In this document: positions 10,437 through 20,886 of the stretch, piece by piece
How the letters are laid out: every line of letters begins with the position of its first letter
How positions within the stretch are numbered: position 1 is the first letter of the stretch
Assembly: GCA_034189385.1 (NCBI GenBank)
Contig: JAXHVD010000004.1
Coordinates: 131,195 to 195,194, forward strand
DNA: 64,000 bases
Reading direction: 5' to 3'
From: Thermodesulfobacteriota bacterium
Lineage (GTDB): Bacteria > Desulfobacterota > Desulfobacteria > Desulfobacterales > C00003060
Translations under genes and position numbers: made by a program
Notes under the pieces: generated by a model
Databases searched by the model: none
Told to the model about the DNA's origin: nothing
The model's input: the letters and a program-made list of their open reading frames with translations, nothing else

Positions 10437-10833
10437 AAATCAACCGTGCCCCAGACGAGACGAGAGCGTCGATAATCGCCAACATACGGGAAAACGAGGA
10501 GAGTCTCTTGCAGTGCAGGTCTTGAAAAAAAGTGGATACAAGATTGTCGAACAGAACTATAGATCCAAGTTGGGCGAAATTGATATCATCGCCAAAGAGG
10601 CGGGCGTTCTGGCCTTTGTGGAGGTGAAGGCGCGGCGGACAAACCAGTTTGGAGGCCCAAAGCAGGCCATCACGCCTCGCAAACAACGGAAGATGTCCAT
10701 GGTCGCCCTTGAATATCTAAAACAGACCGGCCAGATGGCAGAAAGGGCCCGTTTTGATGTGGTGGCTATCCACCTGACGCCAGGCCAGCCGGATGTCGAA
10801 ATCATCAAGAATGCCTTTGAGCTCGCCTACTGA
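10429..10833 (+). CDS. yraN: YraN family putative endonuclease
   Basis: GEIDIIA...FVEVK...RFDVV. Confidence 0.9.
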   Translation: MSKNQPCPRRDESVDNRQHTGKRGESLAVQVLKKSGYKIVEQNYRSKLGEIDIIAKEAGVLAFVEVKARRTNQFGGPKQAITPRKQRKMSMVALEYLKQTGQMAERARFDVVAIHLTPGQPDVEIIKNAFELAY

Positions 10834-11683
10834 GACTCCTTCTCCCGCCTCTGGGACGCTCTTTGTTGTGGCCACCCCCATTGGGAACATGGAAGACATT
10901 ACCCTTCGTGCCATCCGCACCTTGAAAGAGGTAGACCTGATTGCTGCTGAGGATACGAGGCATTCCCGGAAACTCTTGAGCCGCCATGAAGTCTCCACCC
11001 CCCTTGTCTCGTACCATGACCACAACAAGGAAAAACGCGCCCCTGAGCTGTTAAAAAGGCTCAAGGAAGGAACCTCCATTGCCCTTGTCACGGATGCGGG
11101 CACCCCCTCCATCTCAGATCCAGGCTATTACCTTGTTCGGAAGGCTATCGAGCAGTCCCTGCCTGTGGTGCCCATTCCTGGAGCATCGGCCTTGATTGCC
11201 GCTTTGAGCGTGTCGGGCCTTGCCACCGATAGCTTCGTGTTCATCGGCTTTGTCCCAAGGAAATCGGCAAAGCGCAGACAATGGCTAGATCGGCTACGAT
11301 ACGAACCTCGCCCCCTCATTCTCTATGAGTCTCCCAAAAGACTCCTTGGTTTGATGCAAGACATACTGAACATTATGGGGGACCGTCACACGACAATAGC
11401 CCGGGAACTGACCAAGCTTCACGAAGAGATCCTCAGAGGGCCGTTGAGCCAGTTGTTGGAAGAGATGTCACGGCGCGATCCTGTCAAGGGCGAGTGTACA
11501 TTGCTGGTGGCAGGATATGAAAAGAAGAGGGAGATCGATCTTGGTGCCTTACGGGACCGCCTCAGGCTTCTGGGTCAGGAAAAAGACCTGTCTTTGTCAG
11601 ATATGGTAAAGGAGGTAGCCAAAGAGTGGGACCTCCCCAGAAAGGTAGTCTATGAAGAAGCCCTAAAACTGAAAGGGAAATAG
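10811..11683 (+). CDS. rsmI: 16S rRNA C1402 2'-O-methyltransferase
   Basis: VATPIGNMEDIT, DAGTPSISDPG, RELTKLHEE motifs. Confidence 0.95.
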   Translation: MPLSSPTETPSPASGTLFVVATPIGNMEDITLRAIRTLKEVDLIAAEDTRHSRKLLSRHEVSTPLVSYHDHNKEKRAPELLKRLKEGTSIALVTDAGTPSISDPGYYLVRKAIEQSLPVVPIPGASALIAALSVSGLATDSFVFIGFVPRKSAKRRQWLDRLRYEPRPLILYESPKRLLGLMQDILNIMGDRHTTIARELTKLHEEILRGPLSQLLEEMSRRDPVKGECTLLVAGYEKKREIDLGALRDRLRLLGQEKDLSLSDMVKEVAKEWDLPRKVVYEEALKLKGK

Positions 11684-11903
11684 TCTTCACGAAGTGGACC
11701 CAAGTCCTTGTATTTTAGAATTATCTGAATATCTTGCCTACCACAACAAGGGGTTTCCGTACAAAGCAAACAGGACCCCATGGCCACCCTATTATTCTAT
11801 TGACCCACCGACAATTTCCCTACTATATAGAGTTAGGGTCCCGCCTATCTCCCTGATAGTTGGCCGATTTAGCGAGAGCGAACATGGGCAAGCAGGAGGT
11901 GCC

Positions 11904-12392
11904 ATGCCTATCTATGAGTTCTATTGCGAAGACTGCAATACCATATTCAGCTTCTTCTCAAGGTCTGTGAATACCACCAAGAGACCCCTTTGCCCTTCCT
12001 GCAAAAAAAGGAAATTGAAGAGGCAAATGTCCCGTTTTTCCAGACTCAAGGGGGCAAAGGAAGAAAGTGATGTGGATGATTTGCCCATAGACGAGGCAAA
12101 GATGGAAAAGGCCATGGGCCTCTTGGCCCAGGAGGCCGAGGGGATCAATGAGGATGATCCACGTCAGGCCGCCGATTTGATGCGTAAGTTTACGGAGGCC
12201 ACAGGGGCGAGTCTTGGGCCCGGCATGGAGGAGGCCCTGAGGAGGATGGAAGCTGGAGAAGACCCAGACCAGATCGAAGCGGAACTGGGCGACCTCATGG
12301 AAGAAGAGGAGCCCTTTGTGTTTGGTGAAAAAAGAGGGGGGCGGGCAAAAAGGACCACACCTCGCCGGGATGAGACGCTGTATGACCTTTAG
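11904..12392 (+). CDS. FmdB-type zinc-ribbon protein
   Basis: MPIYEFYCEDC...CPSC; RBS AGGAGG before 11904. Confidence 0.85.
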   Translation: MPIYEFYCEDCNTIFSFFSRSVNTTKRPLCPSCKKRKLKRQMSRFSRLKGAKEESDVDDLPIDEAKMEKAMGLLAQEAEGINEDDPRQAADLMRKFTEATGASLGPGMEEALRRMEAGEDPDQIEAELGDLMEEEEPFVFGEKRGGRAKRTTPRRDETLYDL

Positions 12393-12572
12393 ATGAACGA
12401 CAAGCCAATGGACCTAGTCCGTTCTTTTGGATCATCTCCAAAAGAGTTAAGCTGATCATGAGGGTTTCAGGGTTCAAGGTCGACCCAAGGTCTTTCTACT
12501 GTTTTTAAAGATCTTTCTATTTGGCGAAACCATCGGGATGCATCAACATCCTCGGCCCCTGGACCCCTTGCA

Positions 12573-12710
12573 TCTTTTTAAGGCAACAGCCGCAGTCTTT
12601 TCAAGGCGAACGCCGCTATCTTTTCAAGGCGAACGCCGCTATCTTTTCAAGGCGAACGCCGCTATCTTTTCAAGGCGAACGCCGCTATCTTTTTAAGGCA
12701 AAAGCCGCGG
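12573..12710. repeat. Six tandem 23-bp units (four identical TCTTTTCAAGGCGAACGCCGCTA, two diverged flanks)
   Basis: Units start at 12573, 12596, 12619, 12642, 12665, 12688. Confidence 0.97.
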
Positions 12711-12863
12711 TCTTTGAACCCTCTTCTCCGACTTGATCGGAGAAGAACTTCTTTAACGGTGGCCAAGGGCTTTGGGGTAACGGAAGTCTGGGCCCCATGG
12801 CAAGGCAGGCGAGCAATCGGCAACGTATAGAGATTCAAAAGTGTTTTCGGGAAGTTCATTGCT

Positions 12864-13400
12864 ATGACCACGGAACAAGTGATCTTGAGAGGCCCTGACA
12901 TCGACCGGATCCTGACCCGAATGACCCATGAGATCCTGGAAAAACACAGAGGGACGAAGAATCTCGTGCTCATTGGGATTAGGACAGGGGGGGTGTTTTT
13001 GGCAAATCGGATAAGAGAAAAAATCCTTTCCATTGAGGGTGCCGATATTGCCAGGGGCGATCTGGACATCAACCTCTACAGAGACGATTGGACACGAATA
13101 GCCCACCAACCTATCGTGCAGAAAACGGAATTGCCATTCTCTTTGGATGGTAAACAGGTCATCCTCGTTGACGATGTTCTGTTCACCGGTCGCACTGTCC
13201 GCGCGGCCATGGATGCCCTCATCGATTTTGGCCGTCCCGATCGGATTGAACTGGCCGTTTTTGTAGATCGCGGTCACCGAGAGTTGCCGATTGAGGCCAA
13301 CTATGTGGGAAAGTGCATTGAGACCATCCATGACACCATGGTGAACGTCTATTTGAGGGAAACCACGGGGCGTGACGAGGTGGCAGTCACTTCACAATAG
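12864..13400 (+). CDS. pyrR: Pyrimidine regulator / uracil phosphoribosyltransferase
   Basis: LDINLYRDD, VDDVLFTGRT, DRGHRELPI motifs. Confidence 0.93.
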   Translation: MTTEQVILRGPDIDRILTRMTHEILEKHRGTKNLVLIGIRTGGVFLANRIREKILSIEGADIARGDLDINLYRDDWTRIAHQPIVQKTELPFSLDGKQVILVDDVLFTGRTVRAAMDALIDFGRPDRIELAVFVDRGHRELPIEANYVGKCIETIHDTMVNVYLRETTGRDEVAVTSQ

Positions 13401-13573
13401 GATGGCAGTTTTGATGAATAGCCCTTTTGCGTCTTTTTCGTCCTTTGTGACCCTTTTCCGGTTGACAAAAAGGGTTTTTTTGTATATGCATCCCTTTGAA
13501 GTTCCCCCCGAAAGGCGTGCACCAAATCAGATAGTCTAATGTTACACTAACTTAACGAAAGGAGGGCGTTGGT

Positions 13574-13891
13574 ATGCCAACTGTTGAATTTGGAGGTAAA
13601 TCCTTTACTGTGGACGAGGACGGCTTTATTGATGATTATGCAAATTGGTGTCCAGAGTGGGTCCAGCATGTGAAGACAGTAGAGGGAATCGACGAACTGA
13701 ATGATGAACATTGGAAGTGCGTCAAGTTCTTGCAGGAATACTATGAAAAGAACGGTATTGCTCCAATGGTCAGGATTTTTTCCAAAGTCACCGGTTTCAA
13801 ACTGAAGCACATCTATGAGTTGTTCCCGTCTGGCCCGGGCAAAGGCGCGTGCAAAATGGCAGGTCTTCCTAAGCCGACTGGGTGCGTCTAA
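13574..13891 (+). CDS. dsrC: Dissimilatory sulfite reductase partner DsrC
   Basis: C-terminal GACKMAGLPKPTGCV with both conserved cysteines. Confidence 0.93.
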   Translation: MPTVEFGGKSFTVDEDGFIDDYANWCPEWVQHVKTVEGIDELNDEHWKCVKFLQEYYEKNGIAPMVRIFSKVTGFKLKHIYELFPSGPGKGACKMAGLPKPTGCV

Positions 13892-13930
13892 GAAAAGAAT
13901 TTGATGTTGCAAGAGAATTGAGATGTTCGA

Positions 13931-13967
13931 AAAGGAGGCTTTGCCCTTGTGTAAAGCCTCCTTTTTT
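13931..13967 (+). terminator. Intrinsic terminator after dsrC
   Basis: AAAGGAGGCTTT...AAAGCCTCCTTTTTT. Confidence 0.85.
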
Positions 13968-13980
13968 GTAGGAAGAAGAC

Positions 13981-14373
13981 GTGAACAGCATCCTTCAGGT
14001 CAAGACTAGCTCTCAAACCGAACTCATAGACATCACGACAGACATAGAAAGAAGACTCCAGTCACAAGGTATTGACGAGGGGCTATGCTTTCTTTTTGTT
14101 CCCCATACCACGGCGGCTGTGACAATCAATGAGCATGCTGACCCAAGTGTCAGGTCAGATATTGTCATGGTTCTGAATAAGATTGTCCCTTGGAAGGAAG
14201 CCTACCGTCATCTGGAAGGGAATTCTCCGGCCCACATCAAGGCGAGCATCATAGGAGCTTCAGAGATCGTAGCAGTGGAGAAGGCGCGCTTGCAGTTGGG
14301 CACCTGGCAAGGAGTGTTTTTCTGCGAGTTCGATGGTCCTCGAACTAGGAAGATTCATGTCCGGTTGCTGTGA
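13981..14373 (+). CDS. yjbQ: YjbQ family protein
   Basis: HTTAAVTINE, HLEGNSPAHIK, LGTWQG, EFDGPR motifs. Confidence 0.9.
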   Translation: MNSILQVKTSSQTELIDITTDIERRLQSQGIDEGLCFLFVPHTTAAVTINEHADPSVRSDIVMVLNKIVPWKEAYRHLEGNSPAHIKASIIGASEIVAVEKARLQLGTWQGVFFCEFDGPRTRKIHVRLL

Positions 14374-14734
14374 TGAGGAAGCGGGGGATTAATCGGGCCC
14401 TTGCGGGCCACCTATTGCTGGGCCACAACACGAGAAAATAGGGAACTTCAGGGGGATTACACCAAACGGGATGATTTAAGGACGCGATGAGGGGCCCTGG
14501 ATAAGAAACGCCAGAAGGATGGATTTTCTTGACATAGAATATTTTAATGTGATAATATTGTTAAACGAGTTGGTTTTGTCTTCTTTCAGCCTCACACCTT
14601 CGGGTGAGGCGACAAAGGGTTTGGGATAGGAACATTGTGCAGTAGAATAAGATGCCATCAAGGGCCAGACACCTTGTTGGCTTTTTTTCTGTCAGAGCCA
14701 TATCCCAGCAAAATAATGTCTTGAAAGGGGGGAT

Positions 14735-14941
14735 ATGGTCGTGGCAGAAGGTGTTGTGAAGTGGTTTAACGAAAAAAAGGGCTATGGCTTCATTAGCATG
14801 GACGAGGGTCAGGACGTCTTTGTTCACTATAGCTCTATTCTCGGCACAGGTTTCAGATCTTTGTATGAGGGCCAGCGCGTCCGATTTGAGGTCGAGCAAA
14901 GCGATAAGGGACCACAGGCGGTACAAGTCGAGACCATTTGA
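14735..14941 (+). CDS. Cold-shock protein
   Basis: KWFNEKKGYGFI and VFVHYS motifs; long structured 5' UTR. Confidence 0.95.
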   Translation: MVVAEGVVKWFNEKKGYGFISMDEGQDVFVHYSSILGTGFRSLYEGQRVRFEVEQSDKGPQAVQVETI

Positions 14942-15212
14942 GGTAAGGGACACGGCCTTTTGCCTAGAATCCCAAGGGGTTGCCCTTTATGTCTGTCGCC
15001 CCTAAAAAGGAGTGCGCCTTCATTCTGGTCACCAGAAGAGTCGTCTGGTAGGTCGAAGAATTTTGAAAGGGACCCTGTCATCTTTGATGGCGGGGTTTCT
15101 TGATTTGTTGGCCCTGTCTTGTCTTGATGAATTGTAGAAAGGTTCTGCAAGGGACTTCGAGGGTTTTGGGAAAACCAGACGGGCTTCTTGAGAAACCGTC
15201 TCTTCTTCACGA

Positions 15213-15313
15213 TTGAACCCTCCCTGTGGCCTGCGAAGCACTGCCATCAGGCAGAACCTACGGGGGGCTGCGGTAGCTCTCCTGTGGAGAATGCGTTCGC
15301 TTATTCGGTTCAA
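15213..15313. repeat. ~100-bp structured dispersed repeat, copy 1 (TTGAACC...GGTTCAA)
   Basis: Near-identical to 27159-27258. Confidence 0.9.
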
Positions 15314-15357
15314 GAATCAGTCCCCCAAGGAAACATACCTTCGCCTCAGACAGTGGC

Positions 15358-16068
15358 ATGGCAAAAACCGATCACATGATACTGGGCAGTCCCAGAGAGC
15401 CTCGGAGCCACTGCATTCGGTGCGGCACCTGTTGCCTGAAAGGAGGGCCCGCCCTTCACAAGGAAGATACCGGCCTATTCAGGAAGGGTATTCTGAAAAC
15501 GGACCATCTCTACACCCTGAGAAGGGGTGAAATCGTACGAGACATCAATGACAAGCTAACGCCCCTTAAAGGGGAGATTATCAAGATCAAGGGAAAGGAT
15601 GAGGGCTGCTGGACATGTATGTTTTACAACGACCAACAAAAGGCATGCAACATATACGAGGACAGACCTGTTGAATGCCGGGCTTTGAAATGCTGGGACC
15701 TAAGGGAGTTTAAGCAAGCCATGGCCTCGCCCCATCTGCAAAGAAGGCACCTTATCAACCCGCGCAATGGGATACTCAAAATCATAGGGGCCCATGAACA
15801 AAGGTGCTCCTATGAAACCTTGAAATCAGCTGTAAAAGAGCTGAGCGGACCGGATTCCCATAAGGCAGTAGAGATGATTCTTGACCTCTTGCATTACGAC
15901 CAGTGCATGAGGCCCTTATTGACAGAAAAGCTTAACCTGCATCCCCGTGCCATGGATTTTTTCTTTGGAAGACCCCTTAAGACTACCATCAAGATGTTTG
16001 GGCTTTCAGTCAGACAACAAGGCGATAGCTTTGTCCTCATGCCCGCCGAGTCCTGTCCCTCCAACTAA
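15358..16068 (+). CDS. YkgJ-like cysteine-cluster (putative Zn/Fe-S) protein
   Basis: CIRCGTCC...CMFY...CNIYEDRPVECR. Confidence 0.85.
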   Translation: MAKTDHMILGSPREPRSHCIRCGTCCLKGGPALHKEDTGLFRKGILKTDHLYTLRRGEIVRDINDKLTPLKGEIIKIKGKDEGCWTCMFYNDQQKACNIYEDRPVECRALKCWDLREFKQAMASPHLQRRHLINPRNGILKIIGAHEQRCSYETLKSAVKELSGPDSHKAVEMILDLLHYDQCMRPLLTEKLNLHPRAMDFFFGRPLKTTIKMFGLSVRQQGDSFVLMPAESCPSN

Positions 16069-16116
16069 CGGACACTACAGACATTGCCAGCTTAGACCTT
16101 GGGCTGGAATACTTGC

Positions 16117-16644
16117 CTATAGTTTCCTGGATGAGGTCTCCCGTTTTTTCAAGATTTTTTTGAGCCGTCTCTTATAAAGCTCCCGTTTGAGTTTGCTGAT
16201 GTGGTTGATGAATAGAATCCCATTTAGGTGATCGATCTCATGTTGTAGTACGATGGCAGGAAGTCCTTCCTTTCTGAGGAGGATCGGATTACCTTCTCTG
16301 TCCAAGCCACGGACGGTGATGCGTTTAGACCGCTTCACATCAGCGCTATAGTCAATAACGCTGAGGCACCCTTCCTCGCTTACCACACTCCCCTCTGCTT
16401 CAACGATCTCTGGATTGATCACCACCATCAGGTCATTCTGTTGGTCCTTGCTCGAGGTATCAAACATGATAACCCGGATCGGTTCCCCGACCTGGTTGCT
16501 GGCGAGTCCGATGCCAGAGGCATGATACATCGTGTCAGACATGTCATCAATGAACTCTTGTATCTTGCCGTCAATATTGGTGACAGGCTCGGCCGGTTCA
16601 ATGAGAACCGTGTCAGGATAGGTAAGTATTCTTTTTACAGCCAT
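16117..16644 (-). CDS. def: Peptide deformylase
   Basis: GIGLASNQVG, EGCLS, QHEIDHLNG motifs. Confidence 0.96.
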   Translation of the reverse strand: MAVKRILTYPDTVLIEPAEPVTNIDGKIQEFIDDMSDTMYHASGIGLASNQVGEPIRVIMFDTSSKDQQNDLMVVINPEIVEAEGSVVSEEGCLSVIDYSADVKRSKRITVRGLDREGNPILLRKEGLPAIVLQHEIDHLNGILFINHISKLKRELYKRRLKKILKKRETSSRKL

Positions 16645-16830
16645 TTTCAGACGCCTTTCACTGCTATTACTTGGGCATGCAACTGCTTCAAAACATGTTA
16701 CGCCGAATGTGATCCGGCCTTCCGTTCCTTATGCAGACTGGCCGACCCCCTGATCATTGTCGGGGCCGACAACCGCTAAAAAATTACTGCCTATCTTTCA
16801 AGAAGTCAAACTTTCTGACCATGGCCACAT

Positions 16831-18255
16831 CTAAAGTCTATTCAGGAGTCTTTCGTGAATGTCATCAAATCCGCCGTTGGACATGACCACTATAATGTCA
16901 CCAGGCGTGGCAACCTGAATGAGATGGTCTACCATGGTGTCGGTATCTGGGAGGTAATAGGCCTCTTTTCCACGGGCCATGAGTTCCTGGGCTAGCTGTT
17001 CCGACGAGAACCTATCCTGAACAGGGATCCTTTCCATTAGCGGTGGTTCTCGAACACAAACGAGATCAGCCACATCAAATGACTCAGCATATTGCTGTTG
17101 AAAGACCTTTCGTCGGCTCGAGTTGGTCCGAGGCTCGAAAACAGCCACGATCCTTTGATCAGGGTAGAAAGAACGGGCAGCAGCAAGGGTTTCCCTGACC
17201 TCCGTGGGATGATGGGCGAAGTCATCTATGACCGTAATACCGCCTTTAGTGCCGCGGATTTCCTGGCGACGCTTGACGCCCTCAAAGGTCTCCAGTGAAT
17301 AGCTGATGACTTCTGCAGGGATGCGCAGGTCGTCGGCCACGGCGATGACGGCCAGGGCATTCAACAGATTGTGGCAACCCATAAGGGGCGTCTTGAAATC
17401 TCCGAAGGCTTCCCCTCGCCTTGTGGCACGGAAACAGGTCCAGGGCGGGTCAACGCGCACGTTCTTGATGCTCCAGACAGAGGTCTCATCAAAGCCGTAC
17501 CCTGTGGCCCAGCAATGGGCTGACGCCATGAGTTCCCTCACCATGGGATCGTCTTGACAACCGACTAGGAGCGCATCCTTTGGCATGGCCTTTACAAAAT
17601 CAGAGAAAGCCTGTTTCACCTGGGACAGGTCAGAGTAGATGTCAGCATGGTCAAACTCAATACTCGTAAGGATGGCCCGAGACGGCACGTAATGGTGAAA
17701 CTTCGGCCCTTTGTCAAAAAAAGCTGTGTCATACTCGTCCCCTTCCACCACGAAGTACGAGCCGCCGCCCACATTGTAATTCCGGCCAAGGCTCTTCAAG
17801 ATCCCCCCCACCATGAACCCGGGATCAAGGCCTGCCATTGCCAATACCCATGCTAGCAGCGCTGAGGTCGTGGTCTTTCCATGGGTTCCTGCAACGACCA
17901 GCGCCGCCTTACCGTGGACAAAGAACCGGTTCAAGGCCTGAGGAAGGGAACAATAGGGCAGGCCATGGTCCAGCATGGCCTCCACTTCCGGGTTGCCCCT
18001 TGAAAGGGCATTACCCACCACCACCAGATCGGGCCGACGAGAGAGGTTCTCCGGCTGAAACCCTTTGGTCACAGGGATATCCTGCTCCAAGAGAAAGGTG
18101 CTCATGGGAGGATAGACGTGATCATCTGAGCCCGTGACTACGATCCCGGCTTCCTTGAACATCCCTGCCAGGGCCCCCATGCCGGTGCCACAAATACCGA
18201 TGATGTGGACATCCTTGATATTCCTGGGAATCCGGTTGTTCTCTAAGTATTTCAT
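16831..18255 (-). CDS. mpl: Murein tripeptide ligase Mpl (MurC-like)
   Basis: GICGTGMG, GTHGKTTT, EGDEYDTAFFDK, DDFAHHPT, FEPRTNSSRR motifs. Confidence 0.88.
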   Translation of the reverse strand: MKYLENNRIPRNIKDVHIIGICGTGMGALAGMFKEAGIVVTGSDDHVYPPMSTFLLEQDIPVTKGFQPENLSRRPDLVVVGNALSRGNPEVEAMLDHGLPYCSLPQALNRFFVHGKAALVVAGTHGKTTTSALLAWVLAMAGLDPGFMVGGILKSLGRNYNVGGGSYFVVEGDEYDTAFFDKGPKFHHYVPSRAILTSIEFDHADIYSDLSQVKQAFSDFVKAMPKDALLVGCQDDPMVRELMASAHCWATGYGFDETSVWSIKNVRVDPPWTCFRATRRGEAFGDFKTPLMGCHNLLNALAVIAVADDLRIPAEVISYSLETFEGVKRRQEIRGTKGGITVIDDFAHHPTEVRETLAAARSFYPDQRIVAVFEPRTNSSRRKVFQQQYAESFDVADLVCVREPPLMERIPVQDRFSSEQLAQELMARGKEAYYLPDTDTMVDHLIQVATPGDIIVVMSNGGFDDIHERLLNRL

Positions 18256-18712
18256 CTCATCAGCAACATCACAGGGAAGGTCCTATCTGTTGTTTCGCCC
18301 CCAGCGTCTCACGGACTGCTTTTTCTCTGATCCCAACAACAGAGCTCTTTTCCCTTTTCTTTGGCCCAAGAGTCTATGGCCTGGTCCCGCGCCTTTTTGT
18401 AACTATTGTGACAGGTTGGACTACCTTATGCAGGATCGGCAAAAACGTCAACTCCTGAATTACCCTGGACCTTGCTGGAAGGCACCAAAAGGTGAAAAAG
18501 GGCCGAAAAGGCCTCAAGGGCACTGCCCCCCACCTTAAGACCAGGTCTCCATGTTCCGGACAAATCGCCCCGCCATCGGGGCGTTTTGCTCCGGTGGTCC
18601 GTCGCCCTATTCACGGGCCTTTCCGGCCCTTCCGGCCATGTCAACGTGATTTAAGCGCAAATACAAAGAGATATCCATCAGCAACCCCACTGCGGCCTCG
18701 GCTTTTCGCCTT

Positions 18713-18728
18713 TGGCATGGAGGTTGCT
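18713..18728 (+). promoter_or_regulatory. Sigma54 -24/-12 promoter for the acs operon
   Basis: TGGCAT-GGAGG-TTGCT (GG-N10-GC), 60 bp before acs; palindrome CAAATCGCCCC..GGGGCGTTTTG at about 18560-18590 as a candidate enhancer. Confidence 0.8.
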
Positions 18729-18788
18729 CTAACCCTCTGATAACGGGGGCAACTATGTGTCGGACACATAAGGGAAGGAAGGAGGAAA

Positions 18789-20744
18789 TTGATGCAACTT
18801 GAGGCAGCAGAGAAGAACATGGAAGGCCCTGATCCTGGCAAGGAGACTACAGAGGCCCTGTTGCCCGAGAACAGAGTATTTCGTCCCTTGCCCCAGCTGG
18901 TGGTTGACGCGAACCTCAACCCAACCGATTACGAGGAGGCCGTGCAAAAAGGCCAATCCGATCCCGTTGGATTCTGGGAGGACGCAGCTCAAGAATTGGA
19001 CTGGTACAAGCCATGGGACACGGTGCTGGACCGCTCTGATGCCCCGTTTTTTAAGTGGTTTGTCGGCGCCAAGACGAATATCGCTTACAACGCGCTGGAC
19101 CGTCATATTGTCAGCCACAGGAAAAACAAGGTAGCCATCATCTCTGAGAGCGAAAGCGGGGCCCGGGAACGCATGACATACTACGACCTTTACCGGGCTA
19201 CCAACAGATTCGCCAACGTCCTCAAGTCGCTGGGCATTCAGAAAGGCGATAGGGTGGCCGTATATCTTCCCAACATTCCTGAAATCGCCATTGTCATGCT
19301 CGGATGCGCCAAGATCGGTGCCATCCACAGCGTGGTCTACGCCGGTTTCAGCGCGGCGGCCCTCAGAGAGCGTATAAACCATGCCGAGGCCAGGTTGGTG
19401 GTGACAGTAGACGGCTTCCACCGCAATGGCAAGGCCATCAAGCTGAAAGAGGTCGTGGATGAGGCCATGACCGCATGCCCCACCGTGGAGACGGTGATCG
19501 TAGTGCAGAGAGCGGGCGTGGAGATCGACATGAGTGATGGCCGATACCTTTGGTACCACGACTTGATGGAAGGCGAGCCTACTGAGTTTAAGACCTTGGA
19601 GATGGATGCCATGGATCCCTTATATATCCTTTACACATCAGGGACAACGGGCAAACCCAAGGGGGTCGTCCATTGCCATGGCGGTTACATGGTGGGCATT
19701 AATCGAACCCTGAAGTGGGTTTTTGATATTAAGGAGACGGATATCTTCTGGTGTGCGGCCGATCCGGGATGGGTGACGGGGCATAGCTACATCGTGTATG
19801 GCCCGCTCATCGTGGGGGCCACCACTGTCATGTATGAGGGGCATCCCCTCTTTCCAGGGCCTGATCGGATGTGGCAAATTATCCAGAAATACGGGATTAA
19901 CATATTGTATACGGCGCCCACGACGATCAGGATGCTTATGCGATTTGGCGCCCAGCATCCCCAGAGGCATGATCTTTCCTCGCTCCGCCTCCTTGGAACG
20001 GTGGGCGAGCCTATCAATCCGGAGGCCTGGGTCTGGTATCACAAGAATGTAGGAAACGAGAATTGCCCCATCATGGACACCTGGTGGCAGACAGAGACCG
20101 GGATGTTCATGGTGGCCCCCACCCCATGTAACGTGTTGAAGCCTGGATCGGCCTTCAAGCCCTTTCCAGGCGTCCATGTAGACGTGGTGGATGCCCATGG
20201 AGAGCCGGTTGAACCTGGAAAGGGTGGATATGTGGTGGTCAAGGAACCCTGGCCTGCCATGCTGAACACCCTCTACAAGGATTCCGACAAATACAAAGAG
20301 ATTTACTGGAGCAAGATTCCAGGGGTCTACTTGGCGGGAGACATTGCCACAAAGGACGAGGAAGGCTATTTCCGCTTCCAAGGCCGGTCTGATGACGTGC
20401 TCAACACGGCAGGTCACCGGATCGGGACTGCTGAGGTGGAAAGCGCGATTGTTAGCCACAAGTACGTGGCCGAGGCGGCCTGCATCGGTGTCCCCGACAA
20501 GGTAAAGGGAGAAGTGGCCAAACTCTTTGTGATCTTAAAGGAGGGTGTAGAAGAGGATGACGCTACGCTAGTAAAGGACCTCAAGGGCCATGTTCGAAAG
20601 GAGTTAGGCCCCATTGTCATTATCAAGGAAATCGCCTTTCAGGATAAGCTTCCCAAGACAAGGAGCGGCAAGATCATGCGCAGGGTCTTGAAGGCGAGGG
20701 AATTGGGATTGAAGGAAGGCGATCTTTCCACCCTTGAAGATTAG
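18789..20744 (+). CDS. acs: Acetate--CoA ligase, paralog 1
   Basis: YTSGTTGKPKG, DTWWQTETG, PKTRSGKIMRR motifs. Confidence 0.93.
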   Translation: MMQLEAAEKNMEGPDPGKETTEALLPENRVFRPLPQLVVDANLNPTDYEEAVQKGQSDPVGFWEDAAQELDWYKPWDTVLDRSDAPFFKWFVGAKTNIAYNALDRHIVSHRKNKVAIISESESGARERMTYYDLYRATNRFANVLKSLGIQKGDRVAVYLPNIPEIAIVMLGCAKIGAIHSVVYAGFSAAALRERINHAEARLVVTVDGFHRNGKAIKLKEVVDEAMTACPTVETVIVVQRAGVEIDMSDGRYLWYHDLMEGEPTEFKTLEMDAMDPLYILYTSGTTGKPKGVVHCHGGYMVGINRTLKWVFDIKETDIFWCAADPGWVTGHSYIVYGPLIVGATTVMYEGHPLFPGPDRMWQIIQKYGINILYTAPTTIRMLMRFGAQHPQRHDLSSLRLLGTVGEPINPEAWVWYHKNVGNENCPIMDTWWQTETGMFMVAPTPCNVLKPGSAFKPFPGVHVDVVDAHGEPVEPGKGGYVVVKEPWPAMLNTLYKDSDKYKEIYWSKIPGVYLAGDIATKDEEGYFRFQGRSDDVLNTAGHRIGTAEVESAIVSHKYVAEAACIGVPDKVKGEVAKLFVILKEGVEEDDATLVKDLKGHVRKELGPIVIIKEIAFQDKLPKTRSGKIMRRVLKARELGLKEGDLSTLED

Positions 20745-20768
20745 TTGGATAAAGAACAATTACTATTT

Positions 20769-20869
20769 TTGATGGCAAAGGAAGATGGTCCAAATGGAAA
20801 GGGCGCTGCTGTTTTCAAGCCAAAGGACGCAACCGTAGCGCCAACTTGGACTTTTTGCTAAGCCATCAA
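20769..20869. repeat. Intergenic palindromic element
   Basis: Nested inverted repeats TTGATGGC/GCCATCAA, GTCCAA/TTGGAC, GGCGCT/AGCGCC. Confidence 0.55.
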
Positions 20870-20886
20870 GGAAAAGGAGGAGATCT

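Noticed and set aside
12573..12710. Possible CRISPR array
   Set aside because: Units are contiguous with no spacers, and there are no cas genes in the window.
16650..16780. Possible ncRNA upstream of def
   Set aside because: Some hairpin potential, but no SRP, 6S or riboswitch hallmark I can recognise.
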